From contig JAZUQR010000004.1 of the NCBI GenBank assembly GCA_045605805.1, forward strand, positions 1 to 10,975: a stretch of DNA of 10,975 nucleotides, in the 5' to 3' direction. A program made the translations under genes and the position numbers. Numbering within the stretch: the stretch's first letter is position 1; every line of letters begins with the position of its first letter. This DNA comes from Alphaproteobacteria bacterium. GTDB taxonomy: Bacteria; Pseudomonadota; Alphaproteobacteria; CAAHEQ01; UBA3637. The notes beneath the pieces were generated by a model. The model saw only the letters and a list, made by a program, of their open reading frames with translations. It was not told the origin of the DNA and did no database searches. Positions 7,074 to 10,975 of this stretch are shown one piece after another.

Positions 7074-8092
7074 ATACTTTGTGGCATCGTAGAAAAAAGA
7101 TTTTTTGTCAAAACAAACTGGCTGTATGGAGCTTGTGGATATTTTTATTTTTGTTTTGCGTATCACTTTTTGCCCCGTTTCTTGCCAATGACAAACCGTT
7201 ATTGATACGCTATGAAAACAACTTTTATTTTCCTTTTTTGCAAGATATTACCGATGAAGAATTGGGAGGAGATTTACCCACTTTTGCCGACTATACAGAT
7301 CCCTTCACAAAAAAACAAATCCATCAAAAGGGATGGATGATTCTGCCTTTGATTCCCTATCATGCCAACACGGTGGACTATTTTTCCAAAAATCCTTTTC
7401 CATTGCCACCAAGTAAAGACCATTGGTTGGGAACAGATGACCAAGGGCGTGATTTGTTGGCCCGATTATTATACAGTCTGCGTCTTTCACTGTCTTTTGG
7501 ATTGATACTCACTTTGGTTGCTTCGGTCATCGGTTTAATCATAGGGGCGGTGCAAGGTTATTTTGGGGGTAAAACTGATTTAGTTATTGGGCGTTTGATA
7601 GAGATTTGGTCCAGCCTGCCACAGTTATTTATTTTAATTATATTAGCGGGCTTTTTCAAAGCAACCTTTTTTTCTTTGCTGATAATTATGGTGTTGTTCA
7701 GTTGGCCCACATTGACCACCGTTGTGCGTGCCGAGTTTTTACGCATTCGTAATTTAGATTATATTCGTGTGGCCAAAGTATTAGGTGCAAGCGATATCAA
7801 CATTATGTTTCGCCATATTTTACCCAATGCTTTGATTGCCACCACAACTTATATGCCATTTATCTTGTCTGGGGCCATTGTAGCCTTATCTGCATTAGAT
7901 TTTTTGGGATTAGGACTTCCCCCAGGCACCCCCAGTTTGGGCGAATTGATTCGTCAGGCAAAAGAAAACCTAAACAGCCCGTGGATTGGTTTCAGTGTTT
8001 TGATTTTAATGACAATTTTGCTGGCCTCTCTTTTATTGATTGGCGAGGGTATCCGATCAGCTTTTAACCCCCATAGTAAGGAGGAAAAATGA
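7070..8092 (+). CDS. yejE: Peptide/microcin C ABC transporter permease, YejE-like
   Basis: SLFAPFLANDKPL..Y...FYFP, ADYTDP, HWLGTDDQGRDLLARL.Y, GAVQGYFGG..D, VRAEFLR.RNLDY, FRHILPNA, LDFLGLGLPPG.PSLGEL. ATGA-coupled to yejB. Confidence 0.9.
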   Translation: MNTLWHRRKKIFCQNKLAVWSLWIFLFLFCVSLFAPFLANDKPLLIRYENNFYFPFLQDITDEELGGDLPTFADYTDPFTKKQIHQKGWMILPLIPYHANTVDYFSKNPFPLPPSKDHWLGTDDQGRDLLARLLYSLRLSLSFGLILTLVASVIGLIIGAVQGYFGGKTDLVIGRLIEIWSSLPQLFILIILAGFFKATFFSLLIIMVLFSWPTLTTVVRAEFLRIRNLDYIRVAKVLGASDINIMFRHILPNALIATTTYMPFILSGAIVALSALDFLGLGLPPGTPSLGELIRQAKENLNSPWIGFSVLILMTILLASLLLIGEGIRSAFNPHSKEEK

Positions 8093-9462
8093 GCCTGCTT
8101 TCCATCCAAAATTTGACAGTTCGTTTGAAAAATATCACGCCTGTGGAACAAGCCTCACTTGTGGTGGAAAAAGGTAAATGTGTGGCGCTGATTGGCCCCA
8201 GCGGTTGTGGCAAAACAACTTTGGCTCGTTCCATTTTGAAATTACAGGATAACACCGTTTTAACAGGCAAGATTTTGTTTCATAACACCAATTTGTTGGA
8301 TTTGTCTGAAAAAGAATTATTAAACATTCGGGGTGGCAAAATTGCCATGATTTTTCAAGAGCCGATGACAGCCCTCAATCCGCTTCATCCGGTTGGCAAA
8401 CAAATTATGGAAAGTTTGGTTTTACATAAGAACAATCCCACCAAAGCGCATATAGAAGGCCTGTTAAAACAAGTTGGATTAAAAAACACAAAACGCATTT
8501 TGAAAAGCTATCCACATCAGCTTTCGGGCGGAGAAAGACAGCGCATCGTAATTGCGATGGCCTTGGCTGGTAATCCCGAACTTTTAATTGCAGACGAACC
8601 CACAACAGCATTGGATTCTGTCACACAAAAACAGATTTTAGCTTTATTAAAACAGCTTCAAAAAGAATTGGATTTGGCCATTTTGTTCATCACACATGAC
8701 ATTGCCGTTGTGCGCCAAATAGCAGATAAAGTCTATATGATGGCGGCCGGCAAAGTTCTAACGGATAAATTGCCGCAGGATGAGCCCTTTTCTGCCCCCA
8801 CACAGATATCACCATCATCCCCTTGTGTGTTAGATGTTCAAGGGTTGGGTATCAGCTATGGGCAACATCAGGTTGTGAAAGATTTTTCGCTTACGGTGAA
8901 ACAAGGCGAAACGGTGGCGCTGGTCGGGCCAAGCGGATGCGGCAAAAGTTCCATCGCCCATGCTTTGGTTCGTTTAGTTCCAGCCACTGGAAAAGTTTAT
9001 CTTGACGGGCAAGATTTTTTTGCATTGAAAGGCAAATCCCTTCAACAAGCCCGATCCAAAATACAAATGGTTTTTCAAGATCCTTTTTCTTCGCTGAATC
9101 CCCGTTGGATGATAGAAGATATTCTTTTGGAAGGGGCCAAAATCCATAAAATCAAAAACAGCCAAACCTTGTTATCTGAAACTTTGCAAAAAGTTCATCT
9201 GAATGCGGACATTTTGCACCGCTATCCGCATGAATTATCTGGCGGTCAGCGGGTTCGTGTGGCTTTGGCACGAGCCTTGATGTTAAATCCAAACCTGTTG
9301 ATTTTGGATGAAATTACCACAGCATTAGATATTCATACACAGGCAAAAATTATCCACTTGTTAAAAGAGTTGCAAGCAAAACAAGGCCTTGCGTATATAT
9401 TTATCACACATGACGAGAGAGCCTTGAAAGCCCTTGCACATCGGCTTATTTTGCTAACCTAA
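8089..9462 (+). CDS. yejF: Fused dual-ATPase ABC subunit, YejF-like, 457 aa
   Basis: Two NBDs: GPSGCGKT / LSGGERQR / LLIADEPT / FITHD and GPSGCGKS / LSGGQRVR / LLILDEIT / FITHD. ATGA-coupled to yejE. Confidence 0.88.
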   Translation: MSLLSIQNLTVRLKNITPVEQASLVVEKGKCVALIGPSGCGKTTLARSILKLQDNTVLTGKILFHNTNLLDLSEKELLNIRGGKIAMIFQEPMTALNPLHPVGKQIMESLVLHKNNPTKAHIEGLLKQVGLKNTKRILKSYPHQLSGGERQRIVIAMALAGNPELLIADEPTTALDSVTQKQILALLKQLQKELDLAILFITHDIAVVRQIADKVYMMAAGKVLTDKLPQDEPFSAPTQISPSSPCVLDVQGLGISYGQHQVVKDFSLTVKQGETVALVGPSGCGKSSIAHALVRLVPATGKVYLDGQDFFALKGKSLQQARSKIQMVFQDPFSSLNPRWMIEDILLEGAKIHKIKNSQTLLSETLQKVHLNADILHRYPHELSGGQRVRVALARALMLNPNLLILDEITTALDIHTQAKIIHLLKELQAKQGLAYIFITHDERALKALAHRLILLT

Positions 9463-10045
9463 ACTCTTTCAAATCGTGATCAATACCGTTCAACACAGCT
9501 CGTTTGTTGCTTCCCATATATGTTTTAACGGAATTACCGTTTTTTATGGCAATAGCAGGCCAACCTCTGACTTGATATAACCGCACCAATAAATCCCGTT
9601 GTTCTGCAATTTCTTCCTTCAAATGTTTGTTGGCCAAGCAAGCATCAAAGTCTTTGTTTAGCATACCCAACGATTGTGTATATTGCAATATCAAAAAATC
9701 AATAGTCTTGCTGTTGATGATTTTGTCTTGATTTTTGTAAAGCCAATTCATCATGCGATGGGCTTTATCGTCTGGTAAGCATCGCATCAACATAGCGGCT
9801 TTCATTGACTTTTCGTCCGTCACCACATCCACCATTTTAATCAATGCTTGTCCCTTATTGGCATATTTTTTCAACAGCTCGGGGAAAATTGTTTGATGAA
9901 AGTCCTTACAATGCGGACAGGTGATAGAGGTAAAAACATACATTTCTGTTTTTGCAGGTTTGCCATAGGTGCGTAAATCTGTTATTGGTCTGGCCTGAAC
10001 CGAAAAAGCACTTAAAAAAAGCATCCCTAACAAAAACAATCTCAT
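9446..10045 (-). CDS. DsbA-family thiol-disulfide oxidoreductase, exported, 199 aa
   Basis: Signal peptide ending VQA, SITCPHCKDFH active site, second Cys pair (MRCL...FDACL), cis-Pro loop RGWP, AGGAGA SD. Confidence 0.88.
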   Translation of the reverse strand: MRLFLLGMLFLSAFSVQARPITDLRTYGKPAKTEMYVFTSITCPHCKDFHQTIFPELLKKYANKGQALIKMVDVVTDEKSMKAAMLMRCLPDDKAHRMMNWLYKNQDKIINSKTIDFLILQYTQSLGMLNKDFDACLANKHLKEEIAEQRDLLVRLYQVRGWPAIAIKNGNSVKTYMGSNKRAVLNGIDHDLKEFRLAK

Positions 10046-10047
10046 TT

Positions 10048-10758
10048 TTATCTCCTGTCGTTTAAGAAATAGAGCATCAAACGGAACAAATTGATAAAGT
10101 CCAAATAAAGTGCCAAAGCACCTTGAATGGCCTTTGCTTGCATCACTTCTTCGGAATCCGAATCGGAATACATGGCCTTTAATTTGTTGGAATCATAGGC
10201 CGTTAAACCCACAAAAATCACCACAGAAATCACATTTAACACAAAGTTAAATTGGCCCGATCCAACAAACAGATTCACCAATCCGGCCAAAACAACGCCA
10301 ATCAAGCCCATTATCAAAAAACGGCCCATACCACTTAAATCTTTGTCTGTTTTGAAACCAAACCAAGCCAAAGCAAAAAACATGCCAGCTGTCACAACAA
10401 AGGCTTGAAACAAAGCAGTGCCGGAATAAACAAACAACAAACTGCTGGAACTAATGCCCATCAAAGCAGAAAACAGCCAAAACCACAGTTTCGCTTGCTG
10501 AATGTTTAACTTTGAGGTGGCGTTTCCAATCAAAAAAACAACCAACAAAGGGGCAAACACGGCAATCCAGCCCAGCACACTCATGCTTAAAACCCCTTCG
10601 GCATTGGTGGTGTAAAACAATCCCATCAACGGTTCACGCACGCACAGCCATGCCATTAAAGCGGAAATTAAAAGCCCGCCTCCCATGTAATTATAGATTT
10701 TTGAAAAATAATCTTGAATAAAAAGCGTTCTGCGTTTTGCTTGTAAAACTTGTGTCAT
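10048..10758 (-). CDS. Bax inhibitor-1 / YccA family membrane protein, 236 aa
   Basis: KIYNYMGGGL, about 7 hydrophobic helices, TDKDLSGMGRFLIMGLIG, IFVGLTAYD, GALALYLDFINLF. The real start is MTQV (ATG 10758, AGGAG upstream). The 64-aa extension in the ORF track is read-through of intergenic DNA. Confidence 0.93.
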   Translation of the reverse strand: MTQVLQAKRRTLFIQDYFSKIYNYMGGGLLISALMAWLCVREPLMGLFYTTNAEGVLSMSVLGWIAVFAPLLVVFLIGNATSKLNIQQAKLWFWLFSALMGISSSSLLFVYSGTALFQAFVVTAGMFFALAWFGFKTDKDLSGMGRFLIMGLIGVVLAGLVNLFVGSGQFNFVLNVISVVIFVGLTAYDSNKLKAMYSDSDSEEVMQAKAIQGALALYLDFINLFRLMLYFLNDRR

Positions 10759-10896
10759 TTTTTCTCCTTTTGTTGACAATAAAGAAAATAGCCGTTTTTT
10801 TTGTAAAAAACAAGGAAATAATGAAAAAAAGGAAACATAATGTAAATTATGCGAACAAGGCTTCAAGGAAGGCAAACACAAGTTTAATATTAAACA

Positions 10897-10975
10897 AAAA
10901 AACAAACAAAACAAATGAAAGGAATTAAAATGAACTGGAACATAGAACAAACCATTGAAGGCCGGCGTAAGGCAT
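10897..10975 (+). repeat. Exact 79-bp terminal direct repeat, right copy
   Basis: Identical to positions 1-79. Confidence 0.98.

Noticed and set aside
10884-10893. TTAA pair as a CtrA box upstream of the pilin
   Set aside because: Spacing is 2 nt, not the TTAA-N7-TTAA consensus.
10759-10950. 64-aa N-terminal extension of the BI-1 ORF
   Set aside because: F/L/C-rich translation of T-rich intergenic DNA. A good SD precedes ATG 10758.
1-10975. Calling the window a conjugative plasmid, ICE or phage because of virD4 plus terminal repeat
   Set aside because: No recognisable rep, relaxase, virB, integrase or phage gene, and the cargo is housekeeping-type.
10865-10975. Possible c-di-GMP-I riboswitch (GGCAAAC, CAAACCATT fragments) upstream of the pilin
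   Set aside because: The GAAA-tetraloop stem and GACGCAAAGC junction cannot be built. An Rfam scan would settle it.
1-10975. CRISPR array, tRNA, rRNA or IS element
   Set aside because: No regularly spaced repeats, cloverleaf, rRNA-like sequence or transposase ORF seen, and nearly all of the window is accounted for by coding sequence.

Overview
A 10,975-bp AT-rich bacterial segment, most likely from an uncultured alphaproteobacterium. That call is inferred from the GRSMVEMLGVLA-type prepilin, an alpha-type J-domain protein, an RHH_4 regulator and an alpha-type DsbA. The first 79 nt are repeated exactly as the last 79 nt, so the contig is either circular (10,896 bp) or bounded by a repeat, and that repeat lies in the leader of a type IV pilin-like gene. 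The right half looks chromosomal: J-domain gene, yejBEF-like peptide ABC transporter with no yejA, DsbA, and a BI-1/YccA membrane protein. The left half holds the most unusual element, a tightly coupled minus-strand operon: membrane-anchored NERD-like protein, VirD4/TraG coupling protein, HNH toxin-like protein, then SUKH/YrhA-like immunity protein. Both nuclease-fold proteins appear to have lost canonical catalytic residues. No relaxase, virB, rep or integrase gene is recognisable. All family assignments come from motifs read by eye, not from database searches.
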